From Myxococcota bacterium (GTDB taxonomy: Bacteria > Myxococcota_A > UBA9160 > SZUA-336), in NCBI GenBank assembly GCA_965247115.1, contig CBDFGR010000003.1:1888001-1952000 (forward strand): a DNA stretch of 64,000 bases. Reading direction: 5' to 3'. Each line of letters begins with the position of its first letter. The stretch's first letter is position 1. The position numbers were made by a program, and so were the translations under genes. Below the pieces are notes generated by a model. The model was not told where the DNA came from. It was given only the letters and a program-made list of their open reading frames with translations, and ran no database searches. Below are positions 15,279-25,499 of this stretch, piece by piece.

Positions 15279-18047
15279 TCAGGATTCCTGGGCCGCCACC
15301 TGCTCGGCGAGATCGCGCACCTGCACGGTGGTGTCGGAGACGAGACCTGCCAGCTGCGCGCCGAGGTTTCGGAGCAACACTGAGGCGATGGCGGGCCTGC
15401 GCCGAGCCAGCTCCGCCATGTTCTTCGGCGTCAGCCGCAGAAGGCGAGCGTCCTCCAGCACGTCGACGTTGATGGAGCGACGTCGGCCGAAGACGCCCAC
15501 GATCCCCGTCACTTCGCCGCGTGCGGAGGTCGAGAGGTCGCGAGAGCCTTGGTCCGTGTCGATGTAGTTCCGCAGCATTCCGTCGATCACCACGTACATC
15601 TCTCCGCCTGGATCCCCGGTTCGAAAAACCGGCTCGCCCGCGGGGATGTTGCGCACGCTCGCCGTCAGCGCCAGAATCCGGCACTGCCTCTTCGTGAGTC
15701 CTTCGAAGAGCGGGATCGATTGCTCCGGCGACTGGCCCAGGTCCAGGGTGAGCGTGTCCCACAAGGTGACCACGCGGAGGTTCGCGCAGAGCGCGGGCGT
15801 GACCGTGAAGTCCACCACCCACGCGAAGCCCAGCGTGAAGGCGGCCATCACGCCCAGGTGCATCTGGTTTACGAGCTCGCTCGACGTCAGGACCAGGAAT
15901 CCGAGACACAGGGTGAGCGTGGTGTAGGTCATCGGACGCCCGACCGTGCGAAGGGCTCGCACCGTGGCCAGACGCTCGTTGGCCAGACGCTTTGCGTCCT
16001 CCTGGAAGCGGGTGAAGTAGTGGAGTGTGTCGTCGATCGCGATGCCGAGCGCCATCGGCGCGATCAGGCTCGTGGTGGTGCTGAGAGGAATCCCGAACAG
16101 GCCCATCCCGCCAAAGAAGGCCGCGACCGGTAGCACGTTCGGAAGCAGGGCCCGCAGGCCCGTGTTCCAGTTCGTGAAGAGGGCCCACAGGATCAGAAAG
16201 ATCAGGCCGAGGGCCGCGAGCACGCTCTGCACCTGGCCGCGGATGATCTGGTCGACCATGCGCTGAATCACGATCGGGTTGCCGGTCACCGTTCCCTTTA
16301 GATGAGGTGGCAGCTCGGCGAGGCGCTCGTAGATGCGCCCCTCGAGCGCCTGGATGTCCGAGGAGCGCTGCAGCGTGGTCCGCACCACGACGTTCACCAT
16401 CTGGTAACGCCCGTCGATGAAGCTGTCCAGATCGTCGTTGCCGCCGAAGAACAAGAGCGAGGCCACATGCTTGCGCGAGTCCGGGATCACCTCGTAGGCC
16501 GGGTCGTCGGCGTGGAAGGCGCGGTTCATGATCGCGATGAAGTCGACGATGGAGGTAGCGTCACCGATCTCCGGCTGAGTCCGGAGCCAGCTCTGCAGCG
16601 CCTCGAGCTCGCGCAGGTTCTCGGGCTCCTTGAACGCGTCGCGGTAGCTGGCCTCGACGATGACGTTGAAACCGTTCGCCCCGCCAAGGCTTGTGTTGAC
16701 CGCCTCGAAGTCGATGCGAACCGGACTGCTCGGCGAGAAGCTGCGGATGCCGTCTGTAGTGACCTCCACCTGTGTTGCAGCGGCGCCGAAGAGCACGAGC
16801 ACCGCTGCCGTCGAGGCGAACACCAGGCGGCGCCGGTTCAGGACGAAGCCGCCGATCCGTTCCGCGAAGCGGCTGAACAGGTCGCGGCCCTCGGGGTCCG
16901 CGCTCGCAGCGAGTCGGCGCGGCTTCGGCAGCTTGGTAAGTAGCGCCGGGAGTACCGAGAGTGAGGCCACCACGGCGAAGCCGATCCCGATCATCAGCAG
17001 CTGACCGACCTCGCGGATGGCTCCGAGGGGATGCAGCGTCATCGCGAAGAAACCCACACCGGTGGTAATGCCGGTGAGGGCAACGGGGAGCCAGACCTTG
17101 CGCAGACCCGCGTACATGAGCTCCTGAGGGCTCCCCTCGGGCTCCTCCCGCAGCTCGTCGTAGAACTCCGAGACTATGTGGACGGCATACGAGAGGCCGA
17201 GGATCAGGAGCACCAGCGGGAAGAGGACGGTAACCGGATTGAGCGGGCGCCCGATCCATGCCGCTGTGCCGGCCGTCCAGAGCAGCGAGAGCACGACGGA
17301 GAGCAGTGGGAGCACGACTCCGCGGACGGTGCGAAAGGAGGCCCCCAGGACCACGGCAAAGATGAGCAGGATCAGCGGGATGTTGCGCCTGAGCTCGCCG
17401 ATCTGCGCGCGGTACTGTGCGACCTTGACGTGCGGCTGCCCCGTGATCCAGACCTCACCGGAGCCGCGCTCTTCGGCCGCGATCTTCACGATCTCGTCGT
17501 CGAGCGTCTGCTGGTCCGCGTCCCCCGTGTAGTCGCGCAGGTAGACGAGCAAGACGCCAGTCTTGGCGTCCTTGGAGAGGAACTTTCCAGAAAAGATCGA
17601 GCTCGCGAGTGCGGTCTCGCGCACCCGCGCGAGCTCTTCGGGATCCGTCGGGATCTCCTTGAAGAGCGGCTCGATCGACAGGCCCCCCTGGTCGCCCGAG
17701 ATGTTCCTGGCGTTCACCAGCGAGGTGACGTGGTGTACGCCGTCCACCTCTCCGATGCGCTGGGTCATCCTCTGGATGTTGCCGAGATGTTCCGGCGTGA
17801 AGAGATCGTCGGCGTGATACGCGATCAGAATGGTCTCGTCGCTGCCGAAGACGAGTCGCACGTGGTCGTAGAACCTCTTCCCCTCGTCATCCTCCGGCAG
17901 CAGGCGGTTCAGGGACTGGTCGAAGTCGAGCTGCCAGCTCCCGGTCCGCAGGTCCACGATGCGCGACGCGGCGACGAGGCTGACGACCAGCGCGAGGCCC
18001 AGCACCCACCAGGCGTGCTCTGTGATGAAGCGGAGGACCCTGTCCAC
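15279..18047 (-). CDS. MMPL/RND family transporter with C-terminal cyclic-nucleotide-binding-like domain
   Basis: Two MMPL repeats (second with LGIAIDDTLH). C-terminal IPLFEGL..VFRTGDPGGEMYVVIDG..LEDARLL matches the cNMP fold. Confidence 0.88.
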   Translation of the reverse strand: MDRVLRFITEHAWWVLGLALVVSLVAASRIVDLRTGSWQLDFDQSLNRLLPEDDEGKRFYDHVRLVFGSDETILIAYHADDLFTPEHLGNIQRMTQRIGEVDGVHHVTSLVNARNISGDQGGLSIEPLFKEIPTDPEELARVRETALASSIFSGKFLSKDAKTGVLLVYLRDYTGDADQQTLDDEIVKIAAEERGSGEVWITGQPHVKVAQYRAQIGELRRNIPLILLIFAVVLGASFRTVRGVVLPLLSVVLSLLWTAGTAAWIGRPLNPVTVLFPLVLLILGLSYAVHIVSEFYDELREEPEGSPQELMYAGLRKVWLPVALTGITTGVGFFAMTLHPLGAIREVGQLLMIGIGFAVVASLSVLPALLTKLPKPRRLAASADPEGRDLFSRFAERIGGFVLNRRRLVFASTAAVLVLFGAAATQVEVTTDGIRSFSPSSPVRIDFEAVNTSLGGANGFNVIVEASYRDAFKEPENLRELEALQSWLRTQPEIGDATSIVDFIAIMNRAFHADDPAYEVIPDSRKHVASLLFFGGNDDLDSFIDGRYQMVNVVVRTTLQRSSDIQALEGRIYERLAELPPHLKGTVTGNPIVIQRMVDQIIRGQVQSVLAALGLIFLILWALFTNWNTGLRALLPNVLPVAAFFGGMGLFGIPLSTTTSLIAPMALGIAIDDTLHYFTRFQEDAKRLANERLATVRALRTVGRPMTYTTLTLCLGFLVLTSSELVNQMHLGVMAAFTLGFAWVVDFTVTPALCANLRVVTLWDTLTLDLGQSPEQSIPLFEGLTKRQCRILALTASVRNIPAGEPVFRTGDPGGEMYVVIDGMLRNYIDTDQGSRDLSTSARGEVTGIVGVFGRRRSINVDVLEDARLLRLTPKNMAELARRRPAIASVLLRNLGAQLAGLVSDTTVQVRDLAEQVAAQES

Positions 18048-18059
18048 GCGCGAAGGCCT

Positions 18060-18908
18060 CTAGCGAGCCCGTTCCAGTACTTCGCCGAGCTCCGTGATGC
18101 GCCCCAGGATCGACTCGCGGTTGCGAGCGAGCCCCAGGGGGATCAGCCTCTCGACCCCGAGGTCCGCGTAGCGTCGCACGGTATCGGCGTCGATGCGGCC
18201 CGGAGGTGTGACGCTGAGCTCGATGGGACCGAGCCCTGCAGGCCGGTCGCAGCTCCGCTCCGCTTCACGCAGCGCGGCGATGCTCCGCTCGGTCGCTTCG
18301 ACATCGAGCGCGAACCCGTACCAGCCGTTGCCCTGCAGTACCGTACGGCGGATCGCGGGCGGGCTCGTGGCCCCCATCACGATCGGGGGGTGGGGCTTCT
18401 GAACCGGGCGCGGCTGCGCCTGAATGCCCGCGAACTGTACGAGCTCCCCCTTGTACTCGGGCTTTGGCTGCGTCCAGAGCGCCCGGATCGCCTCGATGTA
18501 CTCGGTCGTCCGCTGACCGCGATCGTGAAACGGGATGCCCAGCGCTTGGAACTCGGGTCTGAGGTAGCCGACACCGACTCCAAAGATGAGCCTCCCTCCC
18601 GAGAGGACGTCCACGCTCGCGAGCTCCTTCGCGAGCACGAGCGGGTTGCGCTGGGGCAGGATGATGATGCCCGTGCCGAGCCGGAGCGTGCTTGTCTGCG
18701 CGGCCACGAAGGCGAGGGCCACGGCCGGATCGAGGAAGGGGTTGTCCGGAGGGACCGGCGAGGGAGGGGCCTGCGGGTCGGGAAGGACGACGTGCTCGCC
18801 GGTCCAGACCGACTCGAAGCCGGCCTGCTCGGCCGCGATGGCCACCTCCAGAGCCGTCTCGGGCTCCGCGCACACCCCTACGTTGATGCCGTACAGTCCT
18901 AGCTTCAT
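18060..18908 (-). CDS. LLM-class (probably F420-dependent) oxidoreductase
   Basis: AEQAGFESVWTGEHVV, LGTGIIILPQRNP, SGGRLIFGVGVGY, PVQKPHPPI. ATG overlaps the upstream stop. Confidence 0.92.
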   Translation of the reverse strand: MKLGLYGINVGVCAEPETALEVAIAAEQAGFESVWTGEHVVLPDPQAPPSPVPPDNPFLDPAVALAFVAAQTSTLRLGTGIIILPQRNPLVLAKELASVDVLSGGRLIFGVGVGYLRPEFQALGIPFHDRGQRTTEYIEAIRALWTQPKPEYKGELVQFAGIQAQPRPVQKPHPPIVMGATSPPAIRRTVLQGNGWYGFALDVEATERSIAALREAERSCDRPAGLGPIELSVTPPGRIDADTVRRYADLGVERLIPLGLARNRESILGRITELGEVLERAR

Positions 18909-19732
18909 TCTGCTGCTCCCATGCCAGGTCGGATCTTTGTCGCGATCAGGTCGACCGCGTTCAGAAAGCCGCGCAGGTCGGCGTAGCCCGTGGCCACGAT
19001 CAGCCGCGTGGCGCCTACCTCCTCCAGTGCCGCCACGAGGTCCTTCGCCCGTTCTGGATCTTCGAGCGATAGCGGGCAGAGCACGACGATCTCCGGCGCC
19101 TCGCGCCCGGCCCGGGCGAACTGCTCGCGGAGCTCTCGGATCGGCTCCCGGAGCGTCTCTGGATTTCTCGCCATCGGCATCCAGCCGTCCCCGTAGCGAA
19201 CCGCTCGGCGGAGCGCGTGCGGCGGCGCGCCGCCGATGTAGATCGGCGGCTTGGCCGGCCGTGGCCGGAAGAGAAACGCCTGGCCGTTCTCCTCGACCAG
19301 ATCGGACGCGAATGCGCGCTCGAACAGGTCGAGGGTCTCGTCCGTGATTCGCCCGCGCCGTCGGGAGTCGACACCGAGCGCGCGGAACTCGGGCTTCATC
19401 CAGCCCACGCCGATCCCGAGCCGCAGCCGCTCCCCGGACATCTCCTGGAGCGTGGCGATCACCTTGGCCGTCGGCAGTGCGGGACGGTAGGGGAGGATCA
19501 GGACGCTCGTCCCGAGCCCGATGCGCTCGGTGCATCCCGCCAGATACGTCAGCACGGCGAGCGGATCGAGGTAGCGACCGTCCGAACCCTCGGCGTCGTC
19601 GGGAGGGATGGCGATGTGATCGACGACGAAGAGGTCGTCGAAACCCGCAGCTTCCGCGGCCCGCGCACAACCGAGGATGGTGTCTCGCGTGGATTGCGGA
19701 CCCATGATCCGGATCGAAACGCCCAGCTTCAT
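18905..19732 (-). CDS. LLM-class (probably F420-dependent) oxidoreductase
   Basis: AEAAGFDDLFVVDHI, LGTSVLILPYR, LGIGVGWMKPEF, PPIYIGG, GDGWMP. Confidence 0.92.
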   Translation of the reverse strand: MKLGVSIRIMGPQSTRDTILGCARAAEAAGFDDLFVVDHIAIPPDDAEGSDGRYLDPLAVLTYLAGCTERIGLGTSVLILPYRPALPTAKVIATLQEMSGERLRLGIGVGWMKPEFRALGVDSRRRGRITDETLDLFERAFASDLVEENGQAFLFRPRPAKPPIYIGGAPPHALRRAVRYGDGWMPMARNPETLREPIRELREQFARAGREAPEIVVLCPLSLEDPERAKDLVAALEEVGATRLIVATGYADLRGFLNAVDLIATKIRPGMGAAE

Positions 19733-19738
19733 CCCGAG

Positions 19739-19746
19739 ACTATACT
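19739..19746. promoter_or_regulatory. Overlapping divergent -10 elements (TATAGT minus, TATACT plus)
   Basis: ACTATACT. Each hexamer is exactly 6 nt from its start codon (ATG 19732 minus; GTG 19753 plus). No SD in the 20-bp gap. Confidence 0.65.
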
Positions 19747-19752
19747 ACGGAC

Positions 19753-22700
19753 GTGAGCTCGGCCTTGTGGCGCTTCTTCGGGGTGCGGGAGCGGGAACGG
19801 GGCCGGGTGCTGTTCTTCGTGACTCTCTCCTCTCTGGTGAGCCTGGCGCTTACGCTTGGCCTCGTTGCCACCGAGGCCCTCTTCCTGGCGAGGAGCGGTA
19901 TCGAGGCACTGCCGGCGATGTTCGTCATCGCCTCAGCCTTCACCGTCCTGGGTAGTCTTCTGTACGGCCTCGGTGTCGGGACGTATCGGAACGATTCGTT
20001 CTTCTGCTGGATGCTGATCGGCGCGGCCGGTTTGCTGTGCGCCGGGGGTGGTATCAGCGACGTGGACCCAGGCCTGGCCGCGAGCGTGCTCTTCTGCTTC
20101 TACTTCGTGACCCAGGCGATCTTCCTGAATCACTACTGGACGTTCGCTGGCGACTACTTCGACACTCTGACCACAAAGCGGCTCTTCCCGCTGTTCGCTG
20201 CCGGCAACAGCGTGGGTGGCGTGCTGGGTGGCTGCATCGCACTAGGTGTGAGCCTGGTCGCATCCGCCGAGGCACTCATCTATGTATGGGCGTTCTTCCT
20301 GGCGCTGAGTGCGGGCCTGCTGCGGCTCGAGCGGCGTCGGCTGCGCCGCTGGGGTCCTCTGGAGCTAGAGGAGGCGGACGAAACCTCCGTCTCGGGGCTC
20401 CGGGATGCACTGCGCTACATCCGCCGCTCGCCGCTCGCACAGTGGCTCGTCGTCTCCATCCTCGGGATGACTCTCTGCTTGTTCGTGGCGCAATACCTCT
20501 ACCTGGGCGCGATCGCGCGCGAGTTTCCCGAGGCCGCGCAGCTCGCTGCCTTTCTCGGCCTCTACCTGGCGGCGAGCAATCTGGTCGAGATCGTGCTCGA
20601 GGTCTGGCCTGTGCCCCGTCTGATTCAGCGGCTCGGTGTGGCCCGGGCGAACCTGGTGCATCCCTGGCTGACGCTGAGCTCGTTCGCCGCGCTGGCCCTC
20701 GACCCGCGCCTGCTCACCGCCTTGCTTGCACGCGCGAACCGGGAGCTCCTGAGCTCCGCGCTGGCCGAGCCGGTGCGCAACCTCGTCTACAATGCCCTGC
20801 CGTTTCGGTTTCGCGGCAGGATCCGCGCCTTCCTGGAGGGAATCGCGGCACACGCGGGAATGACCCTGGCTGGAGGGCTGCTGCTTCTCATCCCAACGGG
20901 GATTGCTCCACTCTGGCTCTCCGTCCTGGGCGCCGCCACAGCACTGCTCTATGTCCTGTCGAACCTCGCCGTGCGCCGGGAGTACGTCCGGGCACTGGCC
21001 GAGAGCCTGCGCGCCGGTCGCCTCGACTTCTCCGACGTGGGAGAGCTCGGGCGCTGGGAGGCCTCGGGTCTTGCAGAGCTCTGGCCGAGCATGCTGGCGG
21101 AGCACGGCGCCCGGCCGACACGGCTCGACCTCGAGGTGGCGCCGCTTCTCGCCCGCCGGGGCATCTTCGAGCCCCTGATTGGGGCGGCAGAGCACGGGGC
21201 GGTCGAGGTGCGGCGGGCTGCCGTGGCGGCGCTCAGCCTTGCTCCTCCTCCCGTCGCCGGGCCCGCGCTGCGCCGTGCGCTGGAAGACCAGGACGCCGGT
21301 GTCCGACTCGCCGCGGTCGCTGCGCACGGCGCGGACGGCGCTGCGGCGGTTTCGCTGCTCGAGGCGCGGCTAGGCGACCCTGCCCCTGCAGTCCGCGCCG
21401 AGGCGGCGCTCAAGCTGGGACAGCCGGGGCGGGCGGTGCTGGAGCAGATGGCCGGCTCGCGGGATGCCGCCTGTTGTCTGCCCGCGCTCGAGCGCCTTCC
21501 GGCTGATCTTCTCTTTGCTGCGCTCGCGCGCATCGACGACCAGGAGCCGGGCACGCGCGCTGCGGCGCTCGATTCTGTCGCGCGTCTCGCGCGGCCCGTG
21601 CCCGTGGATCCAACGCGGTTTGGGGGAGGAGCTCTCCCACGGCGATCTGCGCGTGCGGAAGGCCGCCGTACGTGGGCTGGCCACTCTCGACAGCCAGCCG
21701 GCCCGGAGACTGCTGGTGAGCGCCTTCGACGATCGGGACCGCTCCGTCGTCGACCTGGCCCAGCAGGCCCTCGGCGCGATGGGCGACTCCGCCATCGAGG
21801 CGGTGCGCCCCAGGCTCGGCGGGGAGCCCGGCCGCAGCAGCGAAGCCGCAGTGCGGACTCTGGGTAAGGTGGATACGGTGCGCTCCCGAGCACTGCTCCG
21901 CGGCGAGCTCACCGAACGGGTTCGGGACGGCTGGAGGGCACGCGTCATGCTCCACGGGCTGGAGAGCTTCGGCGCGACCGGCGTCGACTCCCTGTGCGCG
22001 GCCTGGCAGAACTCCGCACAGGGGAGCCTGCGCCTCGCCTTCGCCATCCTGGAGGAGACCGAGGATCCCGCCATCATGCGCGCGGTCGACCGGGTGCTGC
22101 GCTTCGCGTCGCCGCGGGCGAGAGGCGATGCGCTGGAGGTGGTCGCGAACCTCGGCGACCAGGAGACCGCTCGGCTGCTCGTGCTATCGCTGGAGGATCT
22201 TCCGATGAGCGAGCGACTCGCGCTGGCCCCGGGCGGCGGCGAGCCGCCCCGGAGCCTGGCCGCCGCGCTCAACCTCTCGCGGGCCTCGACGGACCCGTGG
22301 ATTCGCCGGGCCGCCCTGGCGTACGATGCTGCCCGGCGGGGCGACGGCGCCGAGGAGGAGGCCATGAACCGGCTGTTGCTGCTGCGCAGGGTGCCGCTCT
22401 TCTCGCAGCTCTCGCTAGCCCAGGTCGAGGAGATCGACCGGATCCTGGTTGAGGAGCGCTACCTCCCGAACGAGGTGATCTACCGCGAAGGTGACCCGGG
22501 AGACCGCCTGTACGTGCTGGCGGAGGGCGGAATCGAGGTGTGGAAGAATTACGGCTCGCCCAACCAGGTCAGGCTCGCGGCGCAGGATGACGTGAGCTGC
22601 TTCGGCGAGATCGGGGTGCTTGACGAGTCGCCGCGCAGCGCGACCATCGTTGCGGCCGAGGACACGCGGCTGCTCTCGCTCGACGGCACGCAGCTCAAGG

Positions 22701-22825
22701 AGCTGATCATGCACCGTCCGGAGATCGCGTTCGACTTCTTCAGCGTGCTCGCGACCCGTGTGCGTCACGCCGACCAGCGCTTCGAGGACGCCGTGCTGGC
22801 GGACGGGACGCAGGTGCGGGCGTGA
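19753..22825 (+). pseudogene. TLC/Npt1-like membrane domain + HEAT repeats + cNMP-binding domain protein, frameshifted as sequenced
   Basis: Multi-TM N-terminus with KRLFPLF, HEAT repeats (VRRAAVAAL, VRAEAA) and canonical FGEIGVLDESPRSATI. Removing one T at 21619-21621 fuses the two ORFs (..DPTRLGEELSHGDLRVRKAAVRGL). May be a sequencing error. Confidence 0.85.
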
Positions 22826-23052
22826 GCCGCGAGCTGCGCAGAAGGCTCCGTCTCGCACTGCTTGCCCTGATCGTGCTCCTCTACGTGTTCTCCGTGCCGT
22901 GGTACCGCGAGGCCGGCTCGACCCCCGAGCTATGGCTGGGACTGCCGGATTGGGTGACGGTGGCGCTGGTCTGCTACGTGTGCGTAGCGATCCTGAACTC
23001 GGCGGCCTGGCTACTGACAGAGCTGCGCGACCCGGACGAGGACGCGTCGTGA
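22822..23052 (+). CDS. Small membrane protein (DUF3311/DUF997-like partner of solute symporter)
   Basis: Two TM segments, VPWY..P.LWLGLPDW. Directly upstream of an SSS gene. Confidence 0.8.
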   Translation: MSRELRRRLRLALLALIVLLYVFSVPWYREAGSTPELWLGLPDWVTVALVCYVCVAILNSAAWLLTELRDPDEDAS

Positions 23053-23094
23053 GCGACGAGGACGCGTCGTGACCGACGGGAACGCGTCGTGAGC
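23035..23094 (+). repeat. 20-bp tandem repeat x3, each containing a GTGA stop/start overlap
   Basis: GACGAGGACGCGTCGTGAGC / GACGAGGACGCGTCGTGACC / GACGGGAACGCGTCGTGAGC. Confidence 0.92.
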
Positions 23095-24561
23095 TTCCCG
23101 GCTCTCGGAGTGACGGCTCTCACGCTCTACCTGGTCGTGCTGTTCGTTGTGGCCGAGATCTCGCGGCGCGCGCGGCGGGACATGAGCCCCTCCGACCACT
23201 TTCTGGCGGCCAGGGATCTCGGCGTGTTCGTGCTCTTCCTCACGCTCTACGCGACCGCGTACAGCGGCAATTCGCTGCTCGGCTACCCCGGTGAAGCCTA
23301 CCGGCGCGGCTTTAGCTGGATCATGGCGGTCGGCTTCATGACCTCCATCATCGTTGCCTTCCACCTGCTCGTCCCGAAGCTCCGACCCGTCGCGGTGCAG
23401 CACGGCTTCGTGTCGCCTGGCGATTGGGTGCGACACCGCTTTGGCGACGATCCCGGCGCGCGAAAGCTCGTGTTGGGAGTTGCACTGCTCATGTCGTTGG
23501 CGCTCGCAAACTTCCTGTTCGCCCAGCTCAAGGCGATGGGGGAGCTCGGCGCGGAGGTCACAGGCGGGATCGTGCCCTATGAGGCTGGCGTGATCGGATT
23601 CGCCGCAGTCGTGCTCTTCTACGAGACGCGTGGCGGGATGCGTGCTGTTGCCTGGACGGATACCGCTCAGGGCTTGCTCATGTTGTTTGGTCTGATGGCG
23701 CTGCTCTCCTGGCTGCTCGCGGGAGCGGGGGGCCTGGGAGAGATCACCAGACAGATCGCCACGCTCCGACCGGAGGCCGTCGTCGTTCCCGATGCTGACG
23801 AGGTGCGGAACTGGATCAGCAGCATCGTGCTACTCGGTCTGGCGAGCGTCGTCTACCCACAGGCGATCCAGCGCATCTATGCGGCGAGGAGCGGCAGGAC
23901 GCTCAAGCGAGCGTTCTCGCTGATGACCTTCATGCCCCTCACCACGACGCTCGTGGTGACGCTGATCGGTGTCGCGGCCATCCCGCGCTACATCGATCTC
24001 GGAGGGGCAGAGGCGGACCGCGTGATGCCGCTGCTGCTCGGAGAGTGGGCCGCCTCCGGACCCCTGGCAGCGCTGGCCGCGGTGACCGTCTTTGTCGGCG
24101 CGCTGGCCGCAATCATGTCGACGGCCGACTCGGTGCTGCTCTCGCTGGGCTCCGTGGTGGCCGAGGACCTACTCGGCCGCGAGCGAACCGATCCCGCGAC
24201 GACTCGACTCGGAAAGCGCATTGCCGCCGTCGTCCTCATCGCGATGATCGTGCTGGCCATGGACCGTTCGATCTCGTTGTGGCGGCTGATCGAGCTGAAG
24301 ATGGAGCTCCTGGTCCAGTGCGTACCCGCGTTCATGCTCGCGATTCACTGGGGCGGGCTGCGCGCGCGGCCCACGCTCTGGGGTCTTGTCGCGGGCACGG
24401 TAATCGCCGTCGCCGCGGTCCTGCTTGGCGCCCCTCGGATCTACGGCTTTCACACCGGGGTGTTGAGTCTGGCCGTGAACGTGGTGGTGGCGGTCGTGGG
24501 CTCGTGCTTTGTCTCGCGGGCTTCGGTGAGACTGGAGCTGCGGGCCGACTCCCCCGCGTAG
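23089..24561 (+). CDS. Sodium:solute symporter family protein (PanF/PutP-like)
   Basis: ATAYSGNSLLGYPGEAYRRG, GGMRAVAWTDTAQG, AAIMSTADSVLL. Confidence 0.93.
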   Translation: MSFPALGVTALTLYLVVLFVVAEISRRARRDMSPSDHFLAARDLGVFVLFLTLYATAYSGNSLLGYPGEAYRRGFSWIMAVGFMTSIIVAFHLLVPKLRPVAVQHGFVSPGDWVRHRFGDDPGARKLVLGVALLMSLALANFLFAQLKAMGELGAEVTGGIVPYEAGVIGFAAVVLFYETRGGMRAVAWTDTAQGLLMLFGLMALLSWLLAGAGGLGEITRQIATLRPEAVVVPDADEVRNWISSIVLLGLASVVYPQAIQRIYAARSGRTLKRAFSLMTFMPLTTTLVVTLIGVAAIPRYIDLGGAEADRVMPLLLGEWAASGPLAALAAVTVFVGALAAIMSTADSVLLSLGSVVAEDLLGRERTDPATTRLGKRIAAVVLIAMIVLAMDRSISLWRLIELKMELLVQCVPAFMLAIHWGGLRARPTLWGLVAGTVIAVAAVLLGAPRIYGFHTGVLSLAVNVVVAVVGSCFVSRASVRLELRADSPA

Positions 24562-24563
24562 CC

Positions 24564-25484
24564 TCAGTCGTCGCGAGCGAACTCCAGGTTCCTGAGCAGC
24601 TCGTACTGCTCCCGTGCCGACGCTCGCTTCAGGCGGCGGCGGTGTGGATAGAAGGCCTGCTCTGGCTCGAGCTCGGGAAGGCGCGCGTCCACGAGATCGC
24701 GGCGAACGTAGAAGGCGTTCACGCCGGCGGAGTCACAGCCTACCAGGGCGTACCCCCGTCGCCGTCCCAGCCGCGTCAGCGCCCCGAGCGCTGCGCCGTG
24801 ATACCAGCCGCTGGGATGAACGCTGCGCGCGTCAAAGTCGGGACGGTAGACGCAGATCAGAGGCTCGCTGGCTCCGAACGAGGCGTTGTACTCGATCGCG
24901 ACGACCCGCGGCTCCACCACCTGGATGGCCTTCCAGACCCAGTAGTCGTTCCCGTCGATGTCGATGGAGAGCAGATCGATCTCGCCCTTCATCCCGTACT
25001 TGTCGAGCAGCTCGTTGATGTTCTCCGCGGTGACGCGTTCCGCCTCGATACGAAGCCGTGTGTCCGGAATCTCTCGCTCCTCGCGGTAGAGACGCCGGGC
25101 CCGTTCGATGTCCCGCGTGGAGCAGTCCATCAGGAGACCACCCCAGCCGAAGTTCAGGATGAGGTTCGCACTATTGCACTCGCTGCCATCGCCAGTACCG
25201 AACTCGACACTGCGCCGGTTCGTGGTGCCGACGAGCGAGAAGATGTAGAGCAGGAGCCCATCCTCTCCGTTCTGGGAGGTGACCTTGAACTCGCGGCTGC
25301 GCAGCTCCTCGCGGGGGTCTGATGGGCGCAACTTCTGGTAGCTCGAGAGCAGGGCGTTCTCGGCGTTCCGTTCGAGCGCGTCGACCCGCTTCAGTAGCCT
25401 GCGATAGTCGGGGGGGCGCAGCGAGCGGCGCAACGCGCGAGAGAGCGGCCGAAACCGGTTTCGGACTGATTTCCAGATGGTCAT
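24564..25484 (-). CDS. FkbM-like class I SAM-dependent methyltransferase
   Basis: SQNGEDG, VEFGTGDG, LLSIDIDGNDYWVW, PRVVAIEYN, NAFYVR. Confidence 0.82.
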   Translation of the reverse strand: MTIWKSVRNRFRPLSRALRRSLRPPDYRRLLKRVDALERNAENALLSSYQKLRPSDPREELRSREFKVTSQNGEDGLLLYIFSLVGTTNRRSVEFGTGDGSECNSANLILNFGWGGLLMDCSTRDIERARRLYREEREIPDTRLRIEAERVTAENINELLDKYGMKGEIDLLSIDIDGNDYWVWKAIQVVEPRVVAIEYNASFGASEPLICVYRPDFDARSVHPSGWYHGAALGALTRLGRRRGYALVGCDSAGVNAFYVRRDLVDARLPELEPEQAFYPHRRRLKRASAREQYELLRNLEFARDD

Positions 25485-25499
25485 CCGTGGAGAGGATAA

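Noticed and set aside
21616..21630. Programmed ribosomal frameshift
   Set aside because: A simple one-base homopolymer insertion explains it, and it would break a HEAT repeat mid-helix.
23035..23094. CRISPR-like or operator array
   Set aside because: No spacers. The unit is simply the duplicated gene junction.
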